DNA from: an uncultured Alphaproteobacteria bacterium | Lineage (GTDB): Bacteria; Pseudomonadota; Alphaproteobacteria; RF32; CAG-239 | Reading direction: 5' to 3' | DNA length: 64,000 bases | Assembly (NCBI GenBank): GCA_910577095.1 | Contig: CAJTLY010000004.1 | Location: 51,021 to 115,020, forward strand | Part shown: positions 7,889 through 18,007 of the stretch, in pieces | Layout: every line of letters begins with the position of its first letter | How positions within the stretch are numbered: the stretch's first letter is position 1 | Notes under the pieces: generated by a model | The model's input: the letters and a program-made list of their open reading frames with translations, nothing else | Databases searched by the model: none | What the model was told of the DNA's origin: nothing | Program-made: the position numbers and the translations under genes

Positions 7889-10189
7889 TTAGTGTGTTTG
7901 CCATTGATCTGCGGTTCCTCTCACACCGTAATAATCGCTGTGTCCGCCGTTGTTGTCCGGCATTTTCAAATCTTCCGGTATCATCAGAATAATCCGGCCC
8001 GACCCGGCAAGCCCCGACGGCATTTTAGCAAATTGCCGCAGCATCAAATAAACTCTCATCCCGCCATATTGAAACGGCTCCCGATATCCCTGCGGGGACA
8101 CGCCGTCAATAAACGAATACCCCGCGGCTTTAATCGCCGCCGTATCTTCTTTACCAACCTTTCTGATTTTACCTTCCCTTATCAATTGTTCCAACCCGGC
8201 TTTCTCCGGCAGAATATCCAACGACAAAAATTCGCCGTCGACAATTTGCGGACTGTACTCATAGGCAGACAATTCGACTTCTTCACCGACCGCCGGCTGA
8301 GACAAAACCTGTACGTTCTTAAGGCCGATGTTCAATTCCTCCGCTGCCGCGGCAATTTCGTCACTCCCGTAATAATAATTCAGGCAACGGTCATTGCTGT
8401 CGTTCATATAATTGCCGTGGCGGTTTTTGGTCTGCACTTCGGCTTTCATTCCGCGGATCATCTGTTCATAATGGCCGCCGGCCAACACTGCCCGCAAATC
8501 GGTTTGCGGCGCGGTATAAATGTTCCAAATTATCGGATGATAAGCAGACAAAAGCAAAATGACGCATTTTCCCGGCCGGTTGACTTTAACATCGACGGAA
8601 TAAGTCAAACTCTGATCGCTGATAAACAGGTTATCCGCTTTGCCGTTGCCTTTGTACGAACTGTAGGCATAAACTTCGCAATCATCGCCGATGTTCTTCA
8701 ACTGGCAGCGAACCGGTTCCTTCTCCTTAAATTTCTCCGAATATTGCTTTTTATCAAACCACTGTACCGCCTTGTCATAAACGTCAAGCAGACAGCTGCG
8801 ATTCTCGCACCCCTGCAAACGATAGGCGGCATAAGCGGTATAAGTGTCGACAACTCGGCGTTCGTCTTCCCCTTTCACTTGCGCAGCCGCTTTTTTGAAC
8901 ACCTGATTTTTCTGCCGTAGTTCATCATCGGCACAAATCACTTTTTCGGTCATATTCGCCGGAAAGTTACAATCGACAAATTGCGGCGCTTTTTTTAGCG
9001 GCAGCATCATATAAGCATGCGAAAACATATCCGGTTTTCTCTTCATATCTTTAAATGTCTGTTCCAACTTAAGATTTGAAGGCGGAGTGATGCCGGGTGC
9101 CAAAAAGATGTTTTCATGCTCGACCCCTGCCGGCAAACGATCAATGTTTTCGGTTATCACATAACCGCTCAGTCCCTGCCCGGCATGCTGCCACAAAAAT
9201 TTATAATCAGACGATTTAAAATAAAAATTCTCATTATCCAGATTAACCACACCGTCACTTTTCATCTGCTCGATATCCGCCGCTGACAGTTTGCGGGCTT
9301 TACCGGCCTCAATCAGTTGTTTCCAGCCTTCTTCGCGCGGACGCAGTCCTTCCGTTTGCCGTCCTCCGGCCGCAAGGTCCGAAACCTCATACCGGTCAAG
9401 CGGCGCATTATCGCCGATTTTGCCGTCATAAATCACATTTGTCCGCCCGGCATCAATTTGGTGACGGTCCAAAAATTCTTTTGCCTGTTCCAACGTCATA
9501 TAACGGTTAAAACACATTTCGGCGTTTTTCGCCAAATCGGTTTTCAACCCAATCTTAACCGTCGTTTTTGCCGGATATCCGCGTACCGTCTGATAATCGT
9601 CGGCACCGACAAAAACCTGACGCAAATCCGTATCCTTTGTCACCAGCAGATTCCATACCCGCGCATATTGCGAGGACAAAAACAGATAAACGCATTTTCC
9701 CGGGCGATTAACCTTCAGCCGACTCTCAAAAGTATAATAATTGTCCGAAATCGATTCGCTGCGGCTGCGGTTGCCGGTATCTTTTTCACTTAAAACATAA
9801 ATCTCGCATTCGGGAGGAATTTGCAGCGTCTCACATCGTTCAACGTTCCCGAGAGACTGAAAAACATTTTTAATCGCATCATATTTTTCAACCAGACACT
9901 CTTCACGGCGGCATCCGGCTGCCTGACGATATTCATTCCCGATACGTTCTTTTACCCGTTCATGAAAATCCAAATCATCTTCAGACATCGCCGTTTCAGT
10001 CCACTGATCCTCGCTTCGGCGCAACGTGCCGTTCAGCGCTCTCAGTTTCGGCGACAAACAAACATATCTTTCTGCCGTCGCTGACAACTCAGGCTGATTA
10101 CAGTCCACTGCCGCCGCGACCGTTCCTGCCGACAGCACCCCTATGACTGCCAATTTCAACACTTTTTTCATCTGCCGCCCTTTCATCAA
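7889..10189 (-). CDS. large secreted protein with an internal domain duplication
   Basis: Signal peptide MMKGRQMKKVLKLAVIGVLSAGTVAAAVDC. Two paralogous segments are present: ...ISDNYYTFESRLKVNRPGKCVYLFLSS... and ...LFISDQSLTYSVDVKVNRPGKCVILLLSA... Confidence 0.45.
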   Translation of the reverse strand: MMKGRQMKKVLKLAVIGVLSAGTVAAAVDCNQPELSATAERYVCLSPKLRALNGTLRRSEDQWTETAMSEDDLDFHERVKERIGNEYRQAAGCRREECLVEKYDAIKNVFQSLGNVERCETLQIPPECEIYVLSEKDTGNRSRSESISDNYYTFESRLKVNRPGKCVYLFLSSQYARVWNLLVTKDTDLRQVFVGADDYQTVRGYPAKTTVKIGLKTDLAKNAEMCFNRYMTLEQAKEFLDRHQIDAGRTNVIYDGKIGDNAPLDRYEVSDLAAGGRQTEGLRPREEGWKQLIEAGKARKLSAADIEQMKSDGVVNLDNENFYFKSSDYKFLWQHAGQGLSGYVITENIDRLPAGVEHENIFLAPGITPPSNLKLEQTFKDMKRKPDMFSHAYMMLPLKKAPQFVDCNFPANMTEKVICADDELRQKNQVFKKAAAQVKGEDERRVVDTYTAYAAYRLQGCENRSCLLDVYDKAVQWFDKKQYSEKFKEKEPVRCQLKNIGDDCEVYAYSSYKGNGKADNLFISDQSLTYSVDVKVNRPGKCVILLLSAYHPIIWNIYTAPQTDLRAVLAGGHYEQMIRGMKAEVQTKNRHGNYMNDSNDRCLNYYYGSDEIAAAAEELNIGLKNVQVLSQPAVGEEVELSAYEYSPQIVDGEFLSLDILPEKAGLEQLIREGKIRKVGKEDTAAIKAAGYSFIDGVSPQGYREPFQYGGMRVYLMLRQFAKMPSGLAGSGRIILMIPEDLKMPDNNGGHSDYYGVRGTADQWQTH

Positions 10190-10316
10190 TAATTTTCATA
10201 AAAACATTTTACCTTCGTGAATAAAAAAAGCAAAAAAATTATTTTTGCTGCCCATTGCAATAAGACTTGCAGCAAATGGGTTTATTGATTAAAATCGTTC
10301 GCCGTGAGGAAAGAAA

Positions 10317-11618
10317 ATGCAAGAAACGTTACCGGAATTTACCGTCAGTGAAATCTCTTTTGCGATCAAACGCACGATGGAAGACGCTTTTGCCCGCGTT
10401 CGGGTCAAAGGCGAAATTTTCGGCTGCAAACGCGCCGATTCCGGTCATTACTACCTGTCTTTGAAAGACGAAAACGCCAACCTCTCCGCCGTCTGCTGGA
10501 AAGGAATTGCCGCCTCGCTGCCGGTCAGACCGGAAGACGGACTGGAAGTCGTCGCCACCGGCCGCATTACCACTTTTGCCGGCAAAAGCAGTTACCAACT
10601 GGTAATTGAACAAATGGAAGTGGCCGGCACCGGCGCCTTGCTCAAACTTTTGGAAGAACGCAAACAGAAATTTGCCGCCGAAGGCCTGTTCGATGCCGCT
10701 CATAAGAAAAAAATTCCGTATCTGCCGCGCACAATCGGCGTTGTCACCAGTCCGACCGGCGCGGTCATCCGCGACATTATCCATCGCATCACCGACCGCT
10801 TTCCGTCCCGTGTCATCGTTTGGCCGACTTTGGTCCAAGGCGAAGGCGCGGCAACACAAATTGCCGCTGCCGTCAACGGCTTTAATGCTCTGCCGGCCAA
10901 CGGCCCGATCCCGCGGCCCGATCTGCTGATCGTTGCTCGCGGCGGCGGTTCTCTGGAAGACCTGTGGTGCTTTAACGAAGAAATTGTCATCCGGGCGGTC
11001 TACAACTCCGCAATCCCGTTAATTTCCGCCGTCGGACACGAAACCGACACCATGCTGATCGATTATGTATCGGACCTGCGCGCACCCACACCGACCGGCG
11101 CCGCCGAATTTGCGGTACCGGTCAAAAGCGAACTGGATGCCGCGGTTCTCACATTGCAAAGCCGTCTTCTCAGCGCCGGCAACCGATATCTGCAAGAACG
11201 ACGAAGCCTTCTCGACGGACTGAAACGCGGCATCCCCAACCTGGAACAGATTTTAACCGAAAACATCCAAAAACTCGACGATCGCGTCGACCGTTTGCAT
11301 CTGAGCTTCAAAAATTATCTTGAAAATCGCAAAAACCAACTCAGTTTAAATGAAATTAAACCTTTTTACATTACCACTATACTCGACAAGAAAAACGAAA
11401 ACCTGCAAAACTTAAGTCTGCGGCTGGAGTCGGTCTCGGTAGAGTCTGTTTTGAAACGAGGTTTTGCCTGGATTAAAAATCAACGGCAAAAAACCGTCTA
11501 TAATGCGGCCGATGCCCGCAAAAGCGGCAGTCTTGAAATTGTATTTGCCGACGGCACGGTCAAAACCCGGCCGATAGTGAGGAAAAATGAATTACAAGGC
11601 GATCTGTTTGACAATTAG
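10317..11618 (+). CDS. xseA: exodeoxyribonuclease VII large subunit
   Basis: 433 aa with OB-fold N-terminus ([34 protein letters not shown]) and catalytic core ([14 protein letters not shown]...[16 protein letters not shown]). The xseB partner is at 55859. Confidence 0.85.
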   Translation: MQETLPEFTVSEISFAIKRTMEDAFARVRVKGEIFGCKRADSGHYYLSLKDENANLSAVCWKGIAASLPVRPEDGLEVVATGRITTFAGKSSYQLVIEQMEVAGTGALLKLLEERKQKFAAEGLFDAAHKKKIPYLPRTIGVVTSPTGAVIRDIIHRITDRFPSRVIVWPTLVQGEGAATQIAAAVNGFNALPANGPIPRPDLLIVARGGGSLEDLWCFNEEIVIRAVYNSAIPLISAVGHETDTMLIDYVSDLRAPTPTGAAEFAVPVKSELDAAVLTLQSRLLSAGNRYLQERRSLLDGLKRGIPNLEQILTENIQKLDDRVDRLHLSFKNYLENRKNQLSLNEIKPFYITTILDKKNENLQNLSLRLESVSVESVLKRGFAWIKNQRQKTVYNAADARKSGSLEIVFADGTVKTRPIVRKNELQGDLFDN

Positions 11619-12438
11619 CCTGCTGGCAGCAGCTGCCCCGACAACCGCATTGGAACTGTGCGGAGATTTCAATCAGGGTGAGATCATCATCGGCAAAACC
11701 GAAGACGAAGCGTCCGTCGTAACTTTCAATCAAAAACAATATCCGATTACCGAAGACGGCTACTTCATTCTCGCATTCGGCCGCGACCAACATGCCGAAG
11801 CCGAATTGCAGCTTTCATACCCTCACGACGCTTCCGTATTCTACAAACTCCCGGTTAAAACCTATCAATGGAACATTCAGCGCATTAACGGTGTTTCTCA
11901 GCAAAAAGTAACCCCCGATTCTTCGCATGACGCCGAAATCGCCCGCGAACAAAAAGACGTACGCCGCTCGCTCACCAACCTCGAACCCGGCGACTATTGG
12001 CGTCAGGGGTTCATCCTGCCGGTTAAAGGACGCATCAGCGGAGAATTCGGCAATCAGCGTATTTTCAACGGTATTCCCAAAAGCCCGCACAGCGGTACCG
12101 ACATTGCCGCTCCCGAAGGAACGCCGGTTAAGGCTTCCGGTGCCGGCAAGGTAATTTTGAGCGGCAAGAACTATTTCTACACCGGCAACATGGTGATTAT
12201 CGACCACGGTCAGGGGCTGCAAACCATCTACGCCCATTTGAAAGAAGCGAAAGTCAAAACCGGACAAACCGTCAAACAGGGGCAAATCATCGGCCTGGTC
12301 GGCCATACCGGCCGCGCCACCGGACCGCACCTGCATTGGGGCGCATCACTCAACAACGTACGTTTTCGCCCTCATTCTCTCTTAAACCTCAATCAAAAAG
12401 CATGCCGGAAAGTCTCCGGTCAGAATATGGCTGAATAA
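11587..12438 (+). CDS. M23 family metallopeptidase (LytM-like), exported
   Basis: Signal peptide, then [22 protein letters not shown] ... [15 protein letters not shown] ... [14 protein letters not shown] (HxxxD ... HxH motifs). Confidence 0.8.
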   Translation: MNYKAICLTISLLAAAAPTTALELCGDFNQGEIIIGKTEDEASVVTFNQKQYPITEDGYFILAFGRDQHAEAELQLSYPHDASVFYKLPVKTYQWNIQRINGVSQQKVTPDSSHDAEIAREQKDVRRSLTNLEPGDYWRQGFILPVKGRISGEFGNQRIFNGIPKSPHSGTDIAAPEGTPVKASGAGKVILSGKNYFYTGNMVIIDHGQGLQTIYAHLKEAKVKTGQTVKQGQIIGLVGHTGRATGPHLHWGASLNNVRFRPHSLLNLNQKACRKVSGQNMAE

Positions 12439-12440
12439 AC

Positions 12441-13316
12441 ATGACAAACTTACAAATCATCATTCTTTCTGCATTGCAGGGCTTCACCGAATTTTTGCCC
12501 GTCAGCTCTTCGGGGCACCTGATTTTGCTTTCAAAACTAACCTCCTTTCCCGATCAGGGGCTGGAAATAGACATTGCCGTCCATGTCGGCTCCATTCTGG
12601 CAGTGATGATCTATTTTGCCCGTGACATTTATGACATGGCCTGCGGCCTGACTGCCGACTTGTTTAAACGTTTCCCAAAATTGCAAAACCTCTTTATCAG
12701 AATTTCCACGCCCCGGCTGAAAGATTTTATTTTAAAACAACTCCCCGCCTACAACCCCAAATTGTTTTGGATGTTGGTTGTCGGCACCGTTCCGGCGATT
12801 GTTTTCGGACTTGCCTTGCATCATTTCGGCATGGACTGGCTGCGAAGCACTAAAATCATCGGCTGGAATATTTTGTTGTTCGGCATTTTATTGTGGATTG
12901 CCGACCATTATTCGCCGGCGGTACGCAAAATTGACGATATGACTTTCAAAGACGCCTTTTTAATCGGATTGGCGCAGTGTCTGGCGATGATTCCCGGCAC
13001 CAGTCGTTCGGGCATCACCATCACAACCGGCCGCTTTCTGAAGCTGGAGCGCCGCGAAGCCGCCAAATTCTGCATGCTGCTGTCGGTTCCCGCCATTGCC
13101 GGCGCCGGCTTGCTGGTCGGTTGGGAAATCTACCAAAGCGGTGACTACTCAAACCTGCATTATGTCTTAAGCGGGATCGGCTATTCGTTTGTCGCTTCGG
13201 TCGCTGCAATCTTTATTATGATGAAATGGCTCAAAAATTACACTTTCCTGCCATTCGTTCTTTATCGCATTGCGTTGGGCGTTTTACTGCTTTTGCATGC
13301 CTACGGACATATTTAA
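12441..13316 (+). CDS. uppP: undecaprenyl-diphosphate phosphatase
   Basis: 291-aa polytopic membrane protein with the BacA signature ...QGFTEFLPVSSSGHL... and ...PGTSRSGITI... Confidence 0.85.
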   Translation: MTNLQIIILSALQGFTEFLPVSSSGHLILLSKLTSFPDQGLEIDIAVHVGSILAVMIYFARDIYDMACGLTADLFKRFPKLQNLFIRISTPRLKDFILKQLPAYNPKLFWMLVVGTVPAIVFGLALHHFGMDWLRSTKIIGWNILLFGILLWIADHYSPAVRKIDDMTFKDAFLIGLAQCLAMIPGTSRSGITITTGRFLKLERREAAKFCMLLSVPAIAGAGLLVGWEIYQSGDYSNLHYVLSGIGYSFVASVAAIFIMMKWLKNYTFLPFVLYRIALGVLLLLHAYGHI

Positions 13317-13329
13317 ACCCGGCGTCAGC

Positions 13330-14130
13330 TTAATCGGTCGCTTCCGAAGCCTTGAAATTATAGAGGGGGATAATCCGGTCGGTAATTTCCACCGTTTCGC
13401 CGACGGCATCAATAATCACCTGCATATCCTTATAGGCCATCGGCGATTCGTCCGGTGTATCGGCCCCAACGCAGGAACTCCAGACATTTTGCATTTTTTG
13501 CCTAAATTCATCCACATCCAAAGTCTTGCGTGCCCGGAGGCGTGACAAAATCCGCCCGGCCCCGTGCGGCGCCGAACAGTTCCATTCCGGATTGCCTTTG
13601 CCGACCCCGATCAACGAACCGTCCCGCATATTCAGCGGAATAATAACCCGTTCCCCTTTTTGCGCCGAAATGGCGCCCTTACGGATAATCATTTCCCGCT
13701 TACCGGTAAATTCAATATAATTATGATGGGTAAAAATCGATTCTTCAACTCTCCAGCCCATATGCGAACAAATCTCATCGACAATCACTTCATGATTGCG
13801 GCGGGCAAACACTTCGGCAACTTTCATATGTTCAACATACAGATCAAGGTCCTCGCCTTCCAAACAACACAACTCCTCAGGCGGCGCGCACTTTTCCTTA
13901 TACGCCTTCAGTCACTTTGCCTTTTGGTGCGACGGCACTTCGCTCAAACCTTTTTCGCGCCCTTCGGTCACTTTTTGCTTATAAGTTTCTATTGCTTTCG
14001 CCTGATGAAACTCGCAAATCTGCTTGCCGAAATTGCACGAACCGCAATGAACCGACAACCATAAAAAACCGTTCTTACCGCGATTTATTTCCCAAAAGTG
14101 GTTCCCGTCCCCAAGCTGCCGATCGAGCAC
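13330..14130 (-). pseudogene. rtcB: RNA ligase RtcB, truncated and frameshifted remnant
   Basis: Two adjacent ORFs in different frames. 13912..14130 encodes ...LGDGNHFWEI...HCGSCNFG (the GNHF and HSGSRG region of RtcB). 13330..13872 encodes ...HHNYIEF...APHGAGR...ESPMAYKDM (the RtcB C-terminal half). The N-terminal ~165 aa are absent. Confidence 0.6.
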
Positions 14131-14510
14131 AAATGCCGTTCCAGACGCTCAAGATCGCCGATCTTCCGGCACACCCGTGCAACGTCAGCTAAGCGTTTCA
14201 TCCGCCAGCGCCGAAATATTTTCTCCTTACTTCTGTTTCCATCTCGTTTCTTCCTCTAGTTCGTCCGGCAACACCTTATTTTTAAACCACCCCGACTTTT
14301 TTCTTTTTCACACATCCGTCGCCAAGAATCAAGTCTCCTGCCGTCGATTACTGATGCACTTAGCTTTTTGTCCAAAACATATTATCCTTAAAGTAATTTT
14401 AATTAAATTAGCAATTATTTTGTGCCGATGTTTCAACAGTTAAACCCGGTTTTCAGATTTATGCAAAATAATGGCTTTTAAACCGAGTATTAATTAAAAA
14501 ACACAATATT

Positions 14511-14933
14511 ATGAAAAAGATTATCTGGATTATCCTGTTTTCGCTGAGCGCCGTACTTATTATCACCGGTATGTTTACCGTTGTTCCGGCCGGAAGTTGC
14601 AACATGCCGAAAATTCCCAGCAACACTTTCCAAACGAAAAGTGTTAATGAAATGGTCAACGAACTCCGTTCCGGCGGCATAACCGCATTGAACGCCGAGC
14701 CGGTACAATGTTTCAACCGCGAAGCCTATCCTTTCAATATCTGCTACGGTATCCAAAACCGACAGGAAATTTCGGAAAGGATTGATCTCGAGTTAAGACT
14801 TCTGATTCGTCAGGCTGTTGCCGAGTTTTCCGGAAACCGGCTTGATGAACAAAAGCTCGGAGAAAACGTAACCAGAGCGTTCAACCAAAAATTCAATACC
14901 GACGTCACAATCCTGACATTGGTAATGAAGTAA
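14511..14933 (+). CDS. hypothetical small exported protein
   Basis: 140 aa with an N-terminal TM/signal segment MKKIIWIILFSLSAVLIITGMF. Followed by a terminator. Confidence 0.4.
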   Translation: MKKIIWIILFSLSAVLIITGMFTVVPAGSCNMPKIPSNTFQTKSVNEMVNELRSGGITALNAEPVQCFNREAYPFNICYGIQNRQEISERIDLELRLLIRQAVAEFSGNRLDEQKLGENVTRAFNQKFNTDVTILTLVMK

Positions 14934-14960
14934 GGCTCAGAACGTTTTCGTTTTAATTGT

Positions 14961-14993
14961 AAGGCAGCCCCAAAGGCTGCCTTATCGTTTTCT
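14961..14993 (+). terminator. rho-independent terminator (aaggcagcc-ccaaa-ggctgcctt + T-rich tail)
   Basis: 9-bp perfect stem immediately downstream of the 14511..14933 gene. Confidence 0.5.
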
Positions 14994-15190
14994 GAACGCT
15001 TTTTGACTTTTTGCTTGCCTTTCCCGCCTGAAAACGCCGCCATGCCGACATAAAATAATCCGATCGCCGTTTTCTGCCACCATATGGGCGGCATCCGCCA
15101 TCCCGAACGCGACTTTCAAAAACCCGGCAGTCCTTTACCTTTGAAGAAGAAGCTTTTTCCTTCCACCCGCAAAAAAAAATATAAAAGTTA

Positions 15191-15219
15191 TTGACTAATT
15201 AAAAAAATCCGGTTATTAA
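15191..15219 (+). promoter_or_regulatory. candidate sigma70 promoter for tRNA-Leu (-35 TTGACT, 17-bp spacer, -10 TATTAA)
   Basis: Hexamers sit about 10 nt upstream of the mature tRNA 5' end. Confidence 0.4.
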
Positions 15220-16220
15220 AATATCCGTTGCCCTGATGGCGGAATTGGTAGACGCGCAAGTTTCAGGTACTTGTGACCGGTTTGGTCGTGGAAGTTCGAG
15301 TCTTCTTCAGGGCACCAATCTTGACAACCTCCTAAATTTGATAGGAGGTTGAAGTTTTTTCTCATTGAAATAACTGGATTTTTCCCTTCCATAAAAAAGT
15401 TCGCAAAAACAATATTTAAAATTCGTCTTTTTTCTTCAATTTGCGAACTTTTGAAAATCTCATAAGAATTTTGACTAAAATTCAATACCTTATCAATAGC
15501 TCTCTCCACAGAAGTATCAGGAGCTTGCAATGATTGAATTTTATTTTGTAAGTCAATCTTTTGCATTTCATATTCAGCATTTTTACTACGATATACTTCA
15601 GCAGATATAGTTTCTGCAATTAACAAGTCTAAAAGTTTCTTCTGTTTTTGTTCAACATCAGACAATTCATTTTTGCTTTTTTCTAATTGATAACTTGTTC
15701 TTCCGTGAGTTATCTCATATTGTTTTTTCAAACGAGTTGCTAAGCTAGCCTTTAAATCATCATCAAAACTAATGGATAAAAGAGATTTATGAACTTCGTT
15801 CAAGATAATTTGCTCACTAACATTGGTGCAATGCTCACAATCTTTCAGTTCTGTATGTCTTAAATAAACATACTTACCTTTTTTAGTGTATGGAGAAAGT
15901 AAGCAACCACAATATTTGCAACGGACTAATCCTCTAAAAATATAGGGTTCTTTAGTATGTTTTGAAGTTCTTTTGAATTTTCCTGTTCTTATTTCTGTGC
16001 ATTTGTCAAAAAGCTCTTTAGAAATAAGCTTCTCATAGATATGAGGAAAAAAAGTTTTATTGTAAAACATCACACCATAATAGAATGGATTTTGCAAAAC
16101 ACTTGCAAATTGTGATTTTGTCATTGGGTTTCCACTCTTACGATTTTTTAATCCCCATTGCTTAGATTTTTTAACCAATTCATCCATTGAGAATAGCCCA
16201 GTTGAGTATTCCTCAAACAA
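15216..16220 (-). CDS. large serine recombinase, C-terminal part (recombinase domain, zinc ribbon, coiled coil); frameshifted relative to the N-terminal ORF
   Basis: Zinc ribbon RCKYCGCLL...DCEHC followed by a coiled-coil segment. The ORF runs antisense through the tRNA-Leu gene, so the true C-terminus is uncertain. Confidence 0.6.
   Translation of the reverse strand: MFEEYSTGLFSMDELVKKSKQWGLKNRKSGNPMTKSQFASVLQNPFYYGVMFYNKTFFPHIYEKLISKELFDKCTEIRTGKFKRTSKHTKEPYIFRGLVRCKYCGCLLSPYTKKGKYVYLRHTELKDCEHCTNVSEQIILNEVHKSLLSISFDDDLKASLATRLKKQYEITHGRTSYQLEKSKNELSDVEQKQKKLLDLLIAETISAEVYRSKNAEYEMQKIDLQNKIQSLQAPDTSVERAIDKVLNFSQNSYEIFKSSQIEEKRRILNIVFANFFMEGKNPVISMRKNFNLLSNLGGCQDWCPEEDSNFHDQTGHKYLKLARLPIPPSGQRIF
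15230..15317 (+). tRNA. tRNA-Leu (anticodon CAG), class II with long variable arm
   Basis: Acceptor stem GCCCTGA/TCAGGGC, discriminator A, CCA end. Anticodon stem CAAGT/ACTTG with loop TTCAGGT (anticodon CAG). Long variable arm and a GTTCGAGTC T-loop region. Confidence 0.85.
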
Positions 16221-16780
16221 TTTTTTATTATAGGTCCTCTTTCAGGGTCAATAATAATTGTTTTCTTTCCCTTTTCATCTCTCACATTTAAATAACCAAT
16301 AGGTGCAGGACCGGGAAGTAAACCTTCTTTAAGCATTCTTTCCTCAGACCTTCTTACATTATCTCTGGTTGAATTAACAAACATATTTGCAGATAAAATT
16401 TGCATTTGCCACATTGCCAAATCAGAACTCTTAAAGTTCTTATCAATCACAAGTCCTTCCTTAAAGAAATGAAGAGCAAGTTTTCCTTTCTTCACAAGTT
16501 CTAAAAGCATTGGGAATTCATTAAAAGTTCTTTGTAATCTGTCAACAGTATCAACTACAAGAGCAGTTAATTTAGTCTGATGCTTGATGTAATTCACTGC
16601 TTCATAAAATTTAGTCCTTTTTCCGTGGAAAGAACTTTCCACAAAAGTAAATTCTTTTGCTATTTCCAGACCTTTTATTGAGCAATAGTTGCGTAACCTA
16701 TCTAGTTGAGCATCTAAAGAGAATCCATCCTCTTGCATTTCGGTGGATACACGAGCTAGAACAACAGCTTTCATATCCAT
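16148..16780 (-). CDS. large serine recombinase, N-terminal resolvase-type catalytic domain; frameshifted, joins ORF 15216..16220 at an A6/T6 homopolymer (16221-16226)
   Basis: MDMKAVVLARVSTEMQEDGFSLDAQ... contains the catalytic Ser motif. The two ORFs overlap 16148-16220 in different frames. Confidence 0.6.
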   Translation of the reverse strand: MDMKAVVLARVSTEMQEDGFSLDAQLDRLRNYCSIKGLEIAKEFTFVESSFHGKRTKFYEAVNYIKHQTKLTALVVDTVDRLQRTFNEFPMLLELVKKGKLALHFFKEGLVIDKNFKSSDLAMWQMQILSANMFVNSTRDNVRRSEERMLKEGLLPGPAPIGYLNVRDEKGKKTIIIDPERGPIIKNCLRNTQLGYSQWMNWLKNLSNGD

Positions 16781-17732
16781 TCTCCTAATTTACCTGTTTA
16801 TGCATTTCAATTTCTAATAATATCAACAATAGTTGGAAAACATCATCCCCAACTTCAGTTATTTTTTTTGAGTTTTTATTTTGATAATTAAGGCAATCCA
16901 TAGCACACCTTCAAATGAAAGTTGAAACTATAATTGCTATTTTATGGATATGTAATTTAAGGGTTAGAGGATAAAACCACCTCATTGAATGACGAGATAA
17001 TATATTAAAAGTTTTTAAAAGTCAAATTTCTGTAAAATTTTTTTATTAAGCAAAAACAGTATGTTATTCTGATTTGAAAAAATAAAAATTTTTCTGGCAT
17101 TTTTAATAAATAAATTTAGCAGAATAATTTTGCATATAGAAAATCAAATATGATACTATAAGAATAAATGACATACCAATCACAGATTTCATAATCTGTG
17201 CCACAAAAACGGGGAAACAGGCTTTTTTATGAGCACCCTCAAGCAGGGAACAAACTGAAAACCTATGAAGACTTGCCCATTGGTGTAAGCACCGCAAAGT
17301 AACTCCTCCAAAGACGGTCGGCGGAATATAAATAGGACACGGCTGATGATGTCAGTTAGAAAAATGAGGCTCTGTCTGTGCTCCTTGACAACCTCGGCAT
17401 TGTAGAATTTAGTTCTTGTTTGGATTTTACAATGTGCCAACCGAAAAAGCAGGTGGAAGGCTCATATTGGCGGTGTATGAGTTGTAAAGAAATTTACTAT
17501 AACCAAAACAAGAAAGCAAACTCAACGAAAATGCTATATTTTTTTACCCTCGTAAGTTGGGTAAAAAGAGCAAATCTAACGAAAATACTGAAATACATTA
17601 ATTAATCTAAAAAAATAAATTAAAAAAAATAAAACAAGCAATCTGTGATTGCGAAGTTTCTAGCTAAAACGAAACGTAGTGAGTTTTGGCTTAAGAATAT
17701 GATAAATACATTTATCACAAATAAGGAAATAA

Positions 17733-18005
17733 ATGAATAAATCAACAATGAATAACCAACTTAATTTAGTCATAGATGTAGCAAATAATTTAATCAAAGA
17801 AGGAAAAATAAATAGTTTTCGTGAATTTAGCTGCAAATATTTAAATAAATGCAGTAATTACCTTGGAACATTAGTTTACCAAAACAAATATCCAAGTATA
17901 GCATCTATTTTAACCTTATATCTTAAATTAAATCAGGAAAAACAGATGTCAAATTGGCAAAATAAACTGCTAGGTATATTAAAAAATTCTATTATTAAGG
18001 AGTAA
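17733..18005 (+). CDS. hypothetical protein (island cargo)
   Basis: 90-aa AT-rich ORF, tightly coupled to the following ankyrin gene. Confidence 0.3.
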   Translation: MNKSTMNNQLNLVIDVANNLIKEGKINSFREFSCKYLNKCSNYLGTLVYQNKYPSIASILTLYLKLNQEKQMSNWQNKLLGILKNSIIKE

Positions 18006-18007
18006 AA

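Noticed and set aside
7892-8920. 342-aa plus-strand ORF inside the 7889..10189 gene
   Set aside because: Antisense to a longer ORF with a signal peptide and internally duplicated domains. Composition is typical of a shadow frame.
10329-10990. Minus-strand ORFs (176 and 96 aa) inside xseA
   Set aside because: Antisense shadow ORFs within a well-supported xseA gene.
17170-17660. Short palindromes containing atctgtg (cacagatttcataatctgtg; caatctgtgattg) in the AT-rich non-coding stretch of the island
   Set aside because: Short, AT-rich and plausible by chance in about 30% GC DNA. No associated gene or repeated array.
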